Made by a program: the position numbers and the translations under genes. From the NCBI GenBank assembly GCA_963797555.1, contig CAWCPV010000006.1, positions 64,001-128,000 of the forward strand: a stretch of DNA of 64,000 nt, read 5' to 3'. The notes below the pieces were generated by a model. It was not told where the DNA came from. It made no database searches and saw only the letters and a list, made by a program, of their open reading frames with translations. Shown here piece by piece: positions 1 through 8,922 of the stretch (positions are counted from its first letter, which is position 1; each line of letters starts with the position of its first letter). The DNA is from an uncultured Gammaproteobacteria bacterium. Lineage in GTDB: Bacteria; Pseudomonadota; Gammaproteobacteria; CAWCPV01.

Positions 1-191
1 AAACGAGTATTAATAGTACAGGCTTACTGGGGCACGGTTTTCCCCACCGGGACGGCGGTCAGGACTCGGCCGAGACGGCCCCGGAAAGATACGAGCCAAA
101 GAGTCGATGTCGTTAAACAAGCCGCTACAGCTTCGATGGTCCAGACAGCGGGGCGCAGGATCGAAGCCCATGCCTGGAGGAGGGAGCGTCC

Positions 192-1728
192 ATGAATTCC
201 ACCCGCCTGTCGTTCACCGCTGTCCTCGCGGCGCTGTTCTTGCCTCAGGCGCAGGCCTAATATCTCTCTCTACGGAATAGTCACGGAACCCGTCTTGCCG
301 ACGTCGTTCCAAGAGTGTTACGCGATGGCGCAGGCCTTCAACGCCGTCACCCAGAAAATCTCCGATCAGCTCATGCGGTGCGTAGATCAGTACAACGGTC
401 TTGAGGTGATTCCGCCCCATTGCAAGAAGTACCTACGTGAGCAGGACGAGGCCGACAGGGCGAGAGATCAGGCTTTGGACGCATGCCGCGCCAAAGTGGC
501 GGCCTACCTGGAACAGCAGCGAGAAATGGAACGGGAAAAGCAAAAGCAGGAACAGGAGCGGTTGGCGCGCGAGCGTCGGGACAGCGAGGAGCGGGACGCA
601 CGCGAGACAAGGCGCCAAGACGAGCGGCACGAGCGCGAGGCGCGCCAGGCTCGGGAGGAGCGGCGCAGAGAGGAAGACGCGCGGAGCAGGCAAGAACGGG
701 AGGCACGGCGCCAAGACGAGCGGCGCGACGGCGGAGAGAAACGGGAAGCAAAGAGCGCCAAGGATCGGGACCGTGAGTCGCATGAAGCGCGACAGGCATC
801 ACTTTGGCAAAAAATCTTGGACGCGTCCGAGCGGTCGAGGGAGCCGGAAGCGGAGCACCCCCAAGCAGAGGAAGCCCGCGCCGAGGAGCGTCAGCAGGAG
901 ACCGAGCAGGGTCGCCAAGAGGAAGAGACCCATTACTGGGATCTCGTAAAGAATCTGAAGGAAGGCGCCGGCCTGGCGAAGGACATCGCCGAGATCGGCG
1001 AGAATCCATTCGGGGCGTCCGCCCAGAAGGGCGGCGAAGCCGTCAGCAGCTTCTTGGTGGGCAAGGGGGTCGGTGTTGCGACCGGAGGCTTACCGGAGCA
1101 CGAGGATCAAGGCTACGGCGCGATAGCCTCCGGGGTGGATGAAATGCGCAGCCAGGCATTGGCGCGTAACCCGTTCGCGGCCGAGATTTCCGGGCAGGCG
1201 TTTCAAGGGATTCGCAGGGTCCAAGGCGCCGTTCTGGGCCAGGCCGAGGACCTCGGGGAACAGGTCTCGGAGATCGGCCGCGAGGAGGCGCCGAGTTCTG
1301 CCGGCGCGGCTAACCCCTTCCAGCCGCCTCGGCGGCGCTTCGTTCAGGACGTTGCCGAGCCGCCCCAACCGGTGGCCCGTGCGCAGGTGCGGCAGGTCGC
1401 TCAGCCGGCACCGCAGCCCGCGCCACAGTCGTTCGCATCGACGAGTACGGAGAATCCGTTCGGTCGGCGCTCGACTCCGGTCACCTACGACGACCTGGAG
1501 AGCGGCACTCGCTTCGACATTTCGCCAGGTCATGCCCTCTACCGGGACCCGGCGACCAGGCGCCTGCGCGTCGTGAGCCTGGCTGAGTTGCCGGCAGGCG
1601 CCGGGCGCGGCGACCAGCCCGGTGCCGGGAAGGTGGGATGCAGTGCGACGGGGGTTGGAATCGTCACTCCGGAGTGCGAGAAGGCGCGCCGTGCCAGCGT
1701 GAATCCTTTCGGAAGCGGTCAGAAGTAG
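192..1728 (+). CDS. Putative secreted hypothetical protein with a charged coiled-coil region and five NPF motifs; apparent 1-nt frameshift at ~258
   Basis: RBS-like GGAGGAGGGAG, then ATG192 encodes MNSTRLSFTAVLAALFLPQAQA (signal-peptide-like, AQA cleavage) ending at TAA258. Removing one base joins it to the 295..1728 frame (NISLYGIVTEPVLPTSF...). E/R/Q-rich helical region. Confidence 0.6.
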
Positions 1729-1825
1729 CAGCCCGATCGGGTCGAACGCGACGGCATCGATCGCATGCCCCCTACAAAGTCGCTCACAATCCCACCCCGC
1801 GAGCCCCCACAGCCCGCACATCCCA

Positions 1826-2182
1826 TCAAGCCGCATCCCGGATCTCCGCGTGAATAACGATCTCATCGAAAGGCGCAGCGAGTTTCCCGTCCTCGTCCCT
1901 TTCCAGCAGCCCAAGCTCGACCAGCTCCTTGACGTCGGTGTGGACGTTCTTGTAGTCGCGGCTAAGCCCCTGCGCGAGCTGGCGGACGTTCAGAGTCTGA
2001 TGAGCGGCCACGTGGCGCAACAGCTCCAGCCGTTTTTCGGTGATAGTGGAAAACAGCTCCCGCAGGCTCCCGAACGCGAGGCGCGGGGTGGACGACTCTC
2101 CAGCCTCCAATCGCCGCCAGGCCTCGGCGAAGGCATTCAGGCCGGCCTGCGGCCTCATCACCATGATCTCGATCCGGTTCAT
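1826..2182 (-). CDS. Winged-HTH DNA-binding protein, probable antitoxin partner of the DUF6516 gene
   Basis: ITEKRLELLR...LNVRQLAQGLSRDYKNVHTDVKELVELGLL wHTH pattern; ATGA overlap with the upstream gene at 2179-2182. Confidence 0.75.
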   Translation of the reverse strand: MNRIEIMVMRPQAGLNAFAEAWRRLEAGESSTPRLAFGSLRELFSTITEKRLELLRHVAAHQTLNVRQLAQGLSRDYKNVHTDVKELVELGLLERDEDGKLAAPFDEIVIHAEIRDAA

Positions 2183-2469
2183 TCCCACCTCCAGCCCGCC
2201 AGGCGCACGCAATCGGCGCGGAAGTCGGCGATCAACCTGTGCAGCGAATCGAACCGGTAAGGGTGTTCCCCGTCGGCGTCATGTCGATGGTCACCCTTGC
2301 CGCTCTCGTTGTCGTACCGAACGAGACACTTGCCGGCGCGACCGCAATACAGCCGGTATTTGAGCCCATGAGCCCGCTCCGGGGTAACTCCCGGTAAGGC
2401 CCAGATGACCATCTCCACGAACACATCCGCCTGCCGGGCCTTGTACCGGAAGATCTGCCGTGCCCGCAT
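2179..2469 (-). CDS. DUF6516-family (TumE-like) putative toxin
   Basis: 96 aa with HGLKYRLY...VRYDNESGKGDHRH...YRFDSLHRLIADF, the DUF6516 pattern; coupled to the HTH gene. Confidence 0.75.
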   Translation of the reverse strand: MRARQIFRYKARQADVFVEMVIWALPGVTPERAHGLKYRLYCGRAGKCLVRYDNESGKGDHRHDADGEHPYRFDSLHRLIADFRADCVRLAGWRWE

Positions 2470-2647
2470 GATGGTCTAGTATGCCATAACGGCCCCCGCC
2501 CGCGCGCAGCCTGAACCCGTCATCCAGGCAACGCAGGGCCTCAGGATTCGTGGCCCGCCGCGGCTGGTATATTAAGGACCGAGCCTAAACCCCCAAACGA
2601 TGCGCGGCAGCGAGCGCCCTGATCCAGCCGAGAGAGGAGATTCATCC

Positions 2648-2920
2648 ATGTCCGTCGTCCAGATCAACAGCTATTACGCCGAGTGGTTGCCTTCCGGCAC
2701 GCCTGACCACCCCGGGACCGGAAGGATTATCCTGCGCAGCGCGCAGCGCCTGACCGATCTGTATTGGCTCACCAACCTCCACTCGGATGACTTCCGGAAC
2801 CTGCTGACGCTGCTCCAAACCGAGAAGCCGCTGTTCTGGGACAAGTCCGCCGACTGCCTGCGCACGGCCCACCCCCAGAGCCTGGACGCCGAGCCCGTCG
2901 GGGAGCAGGAGCGCTCCTGA
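2648..2920 (+). CDS. Small hypothetical protein
   Basis: AGAGGAG RBS before ATG2648; GC3-biased codons; 90 aa. Confidence 0.55.
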   Translation: MSVVQINSYYAEWLPSGTPDHPGTGRIILRSAQRLTDLYWLTNLHSDDFRNLLTLLQTEKPLFWDKSADCLRTAHPQSLDAEPVGEQERS

Positions 2921-3119
2921 CTCGAAGACCCCCGGCCCCGCCGACGCGCAGGCCCGCAGGCCAAGGGAGGACGTCGCGAATTCGGGACAAACCGCAGCCT
3001 TCTGCGGCTGGCAGGGAACCCTCGGGTCGACCAGATGGGCCTCGGTCCCCGCCGTCCGGCATACCGGCGAACGGGTGTGGGGATCCCACAGGCGAGATAG
3101 CGGCAAGACTCCCGTTATT

Positions 3120-3389
3120 TCAGTAAGCAACAACCGCGATATCGGTCTTGCTGAAATCCCGACCTTTGAAGACCAGCGGCTCGCCCGTTTCTTTGGCAAG
3201 CCCATAGGCGATGCAATCACCGAAATTCAGGCCTGCCGGATGTCTCCCTCTACCGAACTCACGAAACGCCCTGCGGGCGATTTCCGCCTGTGTCGAGTCA
3301 AAAGCGGCGATTTGGATCTTGAGCTTCGCCAGCAGTAGATCGAGATCCCGCGAGCCTTCGTCACCGTGTCGCGCCCGGACCAGTAGATG
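3120..3389 (-). pseudogene. vapC: 5'-truncated VapC (PIN domain) toxin
   Basis: C-terminal PIN signature ARRAFREFGRGRHPAGLNFGDCIAYGLAK...LVFKGRDFSKTD. The N-terminal DTS motif and vapB are absent; similarity stops at the REP at 3390. Confidence 0.8.
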
Positions 3390-3420
3390 GTAGGTCGGGT
3401 TAGCGCAGTGTAACCCGACA
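3390..3420 (+). repeat. GTAG-family REP hairpin (left)
   Basis: GTAG-GTCGGGTTA-GCGCAGTG-TAACCCGAC-A: GTAG tetranucleotide followed by a palindrome. Confidence 0.9.
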
Positions 3421-3430
3421 ATCCGAATCT

Positions 3431-3973
3431 TCATTCCCCGCCAATGCCCTTCGGGAGGTCAACGGCGGATTCACCCCAGCTCTCGGGGTAGGTGCCGTCC
3501 GCGACGTAATGCCTGAAACTGGAATAGCGCCAATCGAGTGGGCGCTTGGCATAGCCGTGCTTTACCGGGTTGTAGTGGATATATTCGACATGCCGCCTGT
3601 AGTCTTCTTCATCGCGCAGCAGGTGTTCCCAATAGCGATGTTGCCAGATGGCCCGCTCGCCTTTTCGGCGCCTGGCGCTATTGGCGGGATTGTCTCGCAG
3701 GTGGGGATCGCAATGCTTGGTGAACCACGTCTTGACCAATCGCAGCCGGGTGGAGAAGTCTCGATCATGGTCGGGCAATGTCAGGATGCAATGCAGGTGG
3801 TCCGGAAGCACCACGGCCGCTGATAGGACGAACGGGTGCTGGTCCATCACGCCGCGGAACGCTTGCCGCAGGATGTCGATGGCGGCATCGGTCGCCAGGA
3901 TCGGCCGCCGGCTCTCGGTGACGAGAGTGAAGAAGTAGCTGCCACCAGGCACGTATGCACGGCGATATTGCAT
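3431..3973 (-). CDS. REP-associated tyrosine transposase (RAYT, HUH/Y1 family)
   Basis: YRRAYVPGGSYFFTLVT, HUH motif LPDHLH, WQHRYWEH, YIHYNPVKHG, WRYSSF; flanked by inverted REPs. Confidence 0.93.
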   Translation of the reverse strand: MQYRRAYVPGGSYFFTLVTESRRPILATDAAIDILRQAFRGVMDQHPFVLSAAVVLPDHLHCILTLPDHDRDFSTRLRLVKTWFTKHCDPHLRDNPANSARRRKGERAIWQHRYWEHLLRDEEDYRRHVEYIHYNPVKHGYAKRPLDWRYSSFRHYVADGTYPESWGESAVDLPKGIGGE

Positions 3974-4004
3974 CGGTGGAGTTATCTGTTCGTCGATATA
4001 TCGA

Positions 4005-4035
4005 TGTCGGGTTACGCTGCGCTAACCCGACCTAC
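4005..4035 (-). repeat. GTAG-family REP hairpin (right, inverted)
   Basis: Reverse complement GTAGGTCGGGTTAGCGCAGCGTAACCCGACA matches the left REP at 30/31 nt. Confidence 0.9.
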
Positions 4036-4249
4036 GAACTACGAACTCGTACTCAGATTCTAGGCCCTGAGCCGCCGCGGGCGCAGGTGTTCCGGCGCCC
4101 GCCGGACCGCCCGCGATTGCAGAAATGTCGGTGCGGCGTTCATGGGTACGGTCAAGGATCTCTGCTGAGGAAGCGGCCGACGCACGGCTCGGGGTATATT
4201 GTGCCGGTGGCCTGCCAGGCCGAACCGCCCCACAAGAAGCGAGTACGCC

Positions 4250-5815
4250 ATGCTCTTCGCCGAGATCGTCGACACCTCCCGGCGGGTCTCGGGGACCCGC
4301 AGCCGCCTGGCGAAGGTCGAGCAACTGGCCCAGTGCCTGAGACGCCTGCCGCCTGAAGAGCTGGAAGCGGGAGTCTGCTATCTGTCGGGCGTGACCCGCC
4401 AGGGCCGCATCGGCATTGGAGGCGCCGCGCTGCGCGACGCCATGCCGGGCAGCGCCGCCTCCACGCCCCGGCTCCCTATCGCCGAGGTGGACGAGACCCT
4501 CACCCGCATCGCAGAAACCTCGGGCGCGGGAAGCACCGCAAAGCGTCTCCAGCTTCTGGGCGGTTTACTCGCCGGGGCGACACGCGCGGAGCAGGATTTC
4601 CTGGTGCGGCTCCTGATCGGAGAGCTGAGGCAGGGAGCGCTGGAGGGGCTGATGGTGGAGGCCGTGGCGCAGGCGGCTCAGGTGCCCGCCGAAGAGGTCC
4701 GCCGCGCCGCCATGGTCGCGGGCGACGTGACGGCCGTGGCCGCTGCGGCGCTGACGGCCGGGACCGACGGGCTGCGGCGTTTCTCCATCCGTTTGCTAGA
4801 ACCGGTCCGGCCCATGCTGGCGCAAACCTCGGAAGACGTGCCGGACGCCCTCGCCCACCTGGGGCGCGCCGCCGTCGAGTTCAAGCTGGACGGCGCCCGG
4901 GTGCAGGTGCACAAGGCCGGCGGGCAGGTCCGGGTGTTCAGTCGCCGCATGAACGACGTGACGCCGGCCGTCCCGGAGCTGGTGGAGGCGGTGCGGGCGC
5001 TCCCTGCCGGAGAGATCATCCTGGACGGCGAGGCACTCGCCATGCGCCCGGACGGGAGGCCGCACCCCTTTCAGGTCACCATGCGCCGCTTCGGCCGGCG
5101 CCTCGACGTCGAGCGCATGCGAGAGAAGCTACCGCTCAGCGTCTACTTCTTCGACTGCCTGTACCTCGACGGCAGTGACCTGACGGGCGAGCCGGCGGCA
5201 AGGCGCTTTCGGGCGGCCTCCGAGACCCTGCCTGCAACCCTGATCATCCCCCGCATCGAAACCGTGGACCCGGATGAAGCGGCCTCCTTCCTCGACGAGG
5301 CCCTGCGGCGCGGACACGAGGGCGTGATGGCGAAGTCCCTGGAGGCCGTCTACGAGGCGGGCAATCGGGGCAGCACCTGGCTGAAGATCAAGCCCGCGCA
5401 CACCCTCGACCTGGTGATCCTCGCCGCCGAGTGGGGACACGGCCGGCGCAGCGGCTGGCTCAGCAATCTCCACCTCGGGGCGCGCGAGCCGGCGACTGGC
5501 GCCTTCGTGATGCTGGGCAAGACCTTCAAGGGGCTGACCGACGACATGCTGCAGTGGCAGACGCAGCGGCTCCTGGAGCTGGAGGTCGCCCGCGACGCTT
5601 ACACGGTGTGCGTGCGCCCCGAGCTGGTGGTCGAGGTCGCCTTCAACGACATCCAGGAGAGCCCCCACTACCCGGCCGGGATGGCTCTGCGCTTCGCACG
5701 GGTCAAGCGCTACCGACCCGACAAGAGCGCCGCCGACGCGGACACGGTCGAGACCGTGCGCGCCATCCACCAAGGCGAAGTTGGGCGCACCCGACCCGAA
5801 GCACATGAACGTTGA
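4250..5815 (+). CDS. ATP-dependent DNA ligase (DNA-binding, adenylation and OB domains)
   Basis: Motif I EFKLDGARVQVH, ILDGE, FFDCLYLDG, EGVMAK, WLKIK, ALRFARV. Confidence 0.93.
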   Translation: MLFAEIVDTSRRVSGTRSRLAKVEQLAQCLRRLPPEELEAGVCYLSGVTRQGRIGIGGAALRDAMPGSAASTPRLPIAEVDETLTRIAETSGAGSTAKRLQLLGGLLAGATRAEQDFLVRLLIGELRQGALEGLMVEAVAQAAQVPAEEVRRAAMVAGDVTAVAAAALTAGTDGLRRFSIRLLEPVRPMLAQTSEDVPDALAHLGRAAVEFKLDGARVQVHKAGGQVRVFSRRMNDVTPAVPELVEAVRALPAGEIILDGEALAMRPDGRPHPFQVTMRRFGRRLDVERMREKLPLSVYFFDCLYLDGSDLTGEPAARRFRAASETLPATLIIPRIETVDPDEAASFLDEALRRGHEGVMAKSLEAVYEAGNRGSTWLKIKPAHTLDLVILAAEWGHGRRSGWLSNLHLGAREPATGAFVMLGKTFKGLTDDMLQWQTQRLLELEVARDAYTVCVRPELVVEVAFNDIQESPHYPAGMALRFARVKRYRPDKSAADADTVETVRAIHQGEVGRTRPEAHER

Positions 5816-6087
5816 CCGCGTACCGGCCCGCCGCGTCACCTCCCTCGACGGGCCCGCGCCGAACCTCCCTCGGCCGACGGGCGCCCAGGATCGGATGCCG
5901 TCAACGGCTCCCGGCTGAATGGGCAGGCGTAGTTTCGAGTATCCTCCTTGGTCGGACACGAAATCCCTGTTAACTTCCCCCTGCAGTGAAATGCGGGGGC
6001 CGAAGGTGCCACCCGCCCGCCGAGCCGTTGAACGGCCGAGCCATGAAGGGCCTGTTCAACAAGAACACACCATAGAGAGCAGGACTC

Positions 6088-8205
6088 GTGAATCATAGCG
6101 AAATCGTCAGCTTCCTCTGGGGTGTCGCCGACCTGATCCGGGACACGTTCAGACGCGGCCATTACCAGGACGTCATCCTCCCCCTCACGGTCCTGCGCCG
6201 GCTCGACTGCGTCCTGGCCCCGAGCAAGGCGAAGATCCTCGCCACCCAGGCCAGGTTCAAGGGGAAGATCGAGAACCTGGACCCGCAGCTCCGCAAGGCG
6301 GCAGGCTTCGCCTTCTACAACACCTCCCGCTACGACTTCGAGAAGCTCCTGGCGGACGCCCCGCACCTGGCCGCCAACCTGCGCAACTACATCGCCGGCT
6401 TCAGCCCGAACATGCGCGAGGTGATCGAGAAGTTCGACTTCGACAACACCCTCAGCAAGCTCGACGAGGCCGGGCTGCTGTTCCAGGTGATGGAGCGCTT
6501 CAAGAACGTCGACCTGCACCCGGACAAGATCGACAACCCCACCATGGGGACCATCTTCGAGGAGCTGATCCGCAAGTTCAACGAAGCGCTGAACGAGAAC
6601 CCCGGCGAGCACTTCACGCCGCGCGATGTCGTCCACTTGATGGCGGACCTCCTGCTCGCAGGGGACCAGGCCCGAATCCGCAAGCGAGGGGTGGTCCTCA
6701 CGGTCTGCGACCCGTGCTGCGGATCGGGCGGCATGCTCACCATCACCAAGGACCACGTCACGGTCGGCGTTCGCAGCAACAGCGGCGTGGTGCGCGGGCC
6801 CATCAATCCCGACGCCGACATCCACCTGTTCGGCCAAGAGGTGAATCCCGAAACCTTCGCCATCTGCAAGTCCGACCTCTTCATGAAGTCGACCGACGGG
6901 CGGGACGCCGAGAACATTCTCTACGGGAGCACCCTCTCCAACGACCGCCACGCCGCCCGCGGGTTCGACTACCTGATCGCGAATCCCCCTTACGGCAAGG
7001 ACTGGAAGCGCGACGAGGACGCCGTGCGGGCCGAGCACGAGCGCGGCGCGGGCGGGCGGTTCGGGCCGGGCCTGCCGCGGATCAGCGACGGGCAGCTCCT
7101 GTTCCTGCTGCACATGCTGGCCCACATGAAGGCGCCGAAGGACGGCGGCTCCCGCGTCGCGATCATCATGAACGGCTCGCCCCTCTTCACCGGCGACGCC
7201 GGGAGCGGGGAGAGCGAGATCCGCCGCTGGATTCTCGAGAACGACTGGCTGGAGGCCCTGATCGCACTCCCCGAGCAGCTCTTCTACAACACCGGCATCG
7301 CCACCTACGTCTGGGTGCTCACCAACCGCAAGGCGCCCGAACGCAAAGGCAAGGTCCAGCTCATCGACGCGACCTCGTTCTGGGCGCCCATGCGCAAGAG
7401 CCTGGGCGACAAGCGCCGCGAGGTCCCGCGCGAGCGCGCCCAGGACATCCTGAAGATCCTCGCCGATTTTCGGGACGGCGATACCCGGACGGTGGCCAAG
7501 GACGCCAAAGAAGAGGAAGTCGTCGTCAGCCGCATCTTCCCGACTACCCACTTCGGCTTCCGCAAGATCACCGTCGAGCGCCCGCTGCGGCTCAACTTCC
7601 AGGCCAGCCCGGAACGTATCGCGCGGATCGAAGAGGAAAAGGGCTTCCAGACGATCGCGCAGCCCAAGAAGAAAGGCCCCGCCGGGGAGCAAGAGCAGGC
7701 CCAGGGCCGGGCCTTGCAGGAGTCGATCCGCAAGGTGGTGCACGGGCTGCCGAACACCCTCATAAAGGATCGTGCCGAGTTCGAGCGCCTGCTCGACGCC
7801 GTTACGACGAAGGCCGGCGTGAAGCTCCCGGCGCCCGCCAGGAAGGCCGTCCTCTCCGCGCTTTCGGAACGCGACGAGACGGCCGCCATTTGCTGCGACA
7901 AGGACGGCAACCCGGAGCCCGACCCGGAGCTGCGCGATACGGAGAGCGTGCCGCTCGCCGAGCGCGTCGAAGCCTTCTTCGATCGCGAGGTCAGGCCTCA
8001 CGTCCCCGACGCGTGGATCGACACATCCAAACGCGACCCCAAAGACAGCCAGGTCGGTCTCGTGGGCTACGAGATCAACTTCAACCGCTACTTCTACCGT
8101 TACACGCCGCCGCGCCCTCTGGAGGAGATCGAGGCGGACATCCGCGGCATCGAGAGGGATATCGTCCGCATGCTGGCGGAGGTGACCGGATCGAAGGTGC
8201 TCTGA
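6088..8205 (+). CDS. hsdM: Type I restriction-modification N6-adenine methyltransferase subunit M
   Basis: N-terminal FLWGVADLIR..ILPLTVLRRLD, GEHFTPRDVV, motif I DPCCGSGG, motif IV NPPY, C-terminal GYEINFNRYFY. Confidence 0.96.
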   Translation: MNHSEIVSFLWGVADLIRDTFRRGHYQDVILPLTVLRRLDCVLAPSKAKILATQARFKGKIENLDPQLRKAAGFAFYNTSRYDFEKLLADAPHLAANLRNYIAGFSPNMREVIEKFDFDNTLSKLDEAGLLFQVMERFKNVDLHPDKIDNPTMGTIFEELIRKFNEALNENPGEHFTPRDVVHLMADLLLAGDQARIRKRGVVLTVCDPCCGSGGMLTITKDHVTVGVRSNSGVVRGPINPDADIHLFGQEVNPETFAICKSDLFMKSTDGRDAENILYGSTLSNDRHAARGFDYLIANPPYGKDWKRDEDAVRAEHERGAGGRFGPGLPRISDGQLLFLLHMLAHMKAPKDGGSRVAIIMNGSPLFTGDAGSGESEIRRWILENDWLEALIALPEQLFYNTGIATYVWVLTNRKAPERKGKVQLIDATSFWAPMRKSLGDKRREVPRERAQDILKILADFRDGDTRTVAKDAKEEEVVVSRIFPTTHFGFRKITVERPLRLNFQASPERIARIEEEKGFQTIAQPKKKGPAGEQEQAQGRALQESIRKVVHGLPNTLIKDRAEFERLLDAVTTKAGVKLPAPARKAVLSALSERDETAAICCDKDGNPEPDPELRDTESVPLAERVEAFFDREVRPHVPDAWIDTSKRDPKDSQVGLVGYEINFNRYFYRYTPPRPLEEIEADIRGIERDIVRMLAEVTGSKVL

Positions 8206-8315
8206 CGCGAAAAGTCGGCACGGATATCACAGATGCCGACATTATGTGTTGACACGCCCGTTTGTCCGACGCATATTGCAGGCATGTCACAACAGCGTGC
8301 CGACAATTCGAGTCA
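8203..8315 (+). promoter_or_regulatory. Candidate internal sigma70 promoter and inverted-repeat operator of abiE
   Basis: TTGACA 8249-8254, 17 nt spacer, CATATT 8272-8277. Inverted boxes 8203-8222 and 8296-8315 (17/20 complementary) and a third TGCCGACA box at 8234. Confidence 0.5.
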
Positions 8316-8922
8316 ATCCCCCAAGTCTTCGGAGCCCGTCGACCTGCTTCGCAGCGCCGCTCTGGGTGCCTTCTTCCGTCCGAGCCAGATCCATGCGGCA
8401 GGACTATCGCGCGACCAGCTCCCGGCCCTCGTGCGATCGGGGAAGGTCGAACGAATCGGTCGCGGCCTCTACCGGCTCGCGGACGCCGAGCCGACCGAGA
8501 ACTACTCCCTGGCGATGGCGTGCGCGCGGGTGCCGAACAGCATCGTCTGCCTGCTCTCCGCCCTGCGCGTCCATGGCATCGGCACCCAGGCACCGGCCGA
8601 GGTCTGCCTCGCCATTCCGCACAAGGCGCGCATGCCGCGCCTCCCCGAACTCAAGCTGCGCGTCGTGCGCTTCAGCGGACCTGCTTGGACGTTCGGTGTA
8701 CAGACGACCGCGTTCGAGGGCGTGCCGGCACGGATCACCTCCCCCGCGCGGACCGTGGCGGACTGCTTCCGGTTCGAGCGCCTCGTGGGGCCCGAGGCTG
8801 CGATGGAAGCGCTGCAGGACGCCCTGCGACAGCGGAAGGTCACGATCCCCGAACTCTCGCGCGTGGCGGAGATCCTTCCGTCGCGCCGCCTCAGCGCCGC
8901 GCTGGACACGAGGTTGATATGA
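8284..8922 (+). CDS. abiEi: Type IV TA / abortive infection antitoxin AbiEi
   Basis: N-terminal wHTH (LVRSGKVERIGRGLYRL), IVCLLSALRVHGI, ITSPARTVADCFR; ATGA overlap with the next gene. Confidence 0.9.
   Translation: MSQQRADNSSQSPKSSEPVDLLRSAALGAFFRPSQIHAAGLSRDQLPALVRSGKVERIGRGLYRLADAEPTENYSLAMACARVPNSIVCLLSALRVHGIGTQAPAEVCLAIPHKARMPRLPELKLRVVRFSGPAWTFGVQTTAFEGVPARITSPARTVADCFRFERLVGPEAAMEALQDALRQRKVTIPELSRVAEILPSRRLSAALDTRLI

Noticed and set aside
520-930. Tandem DNA repeat in the first ORF (GGCGCCAAGACGAGCGGC twice)
   Set aside because: Reflects the low-complexity RRQDER coiled-coil coding sequence, not an independent repeat element.
5836-8001. 721-aa minus-strand ORF (likewise 9677..11512, 14203..16668 and other long antisense or alternate-frame ORFs)
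   Set aside because: Shadows of well-supported genes in high-GC3 DNA; no recognisable motifs.
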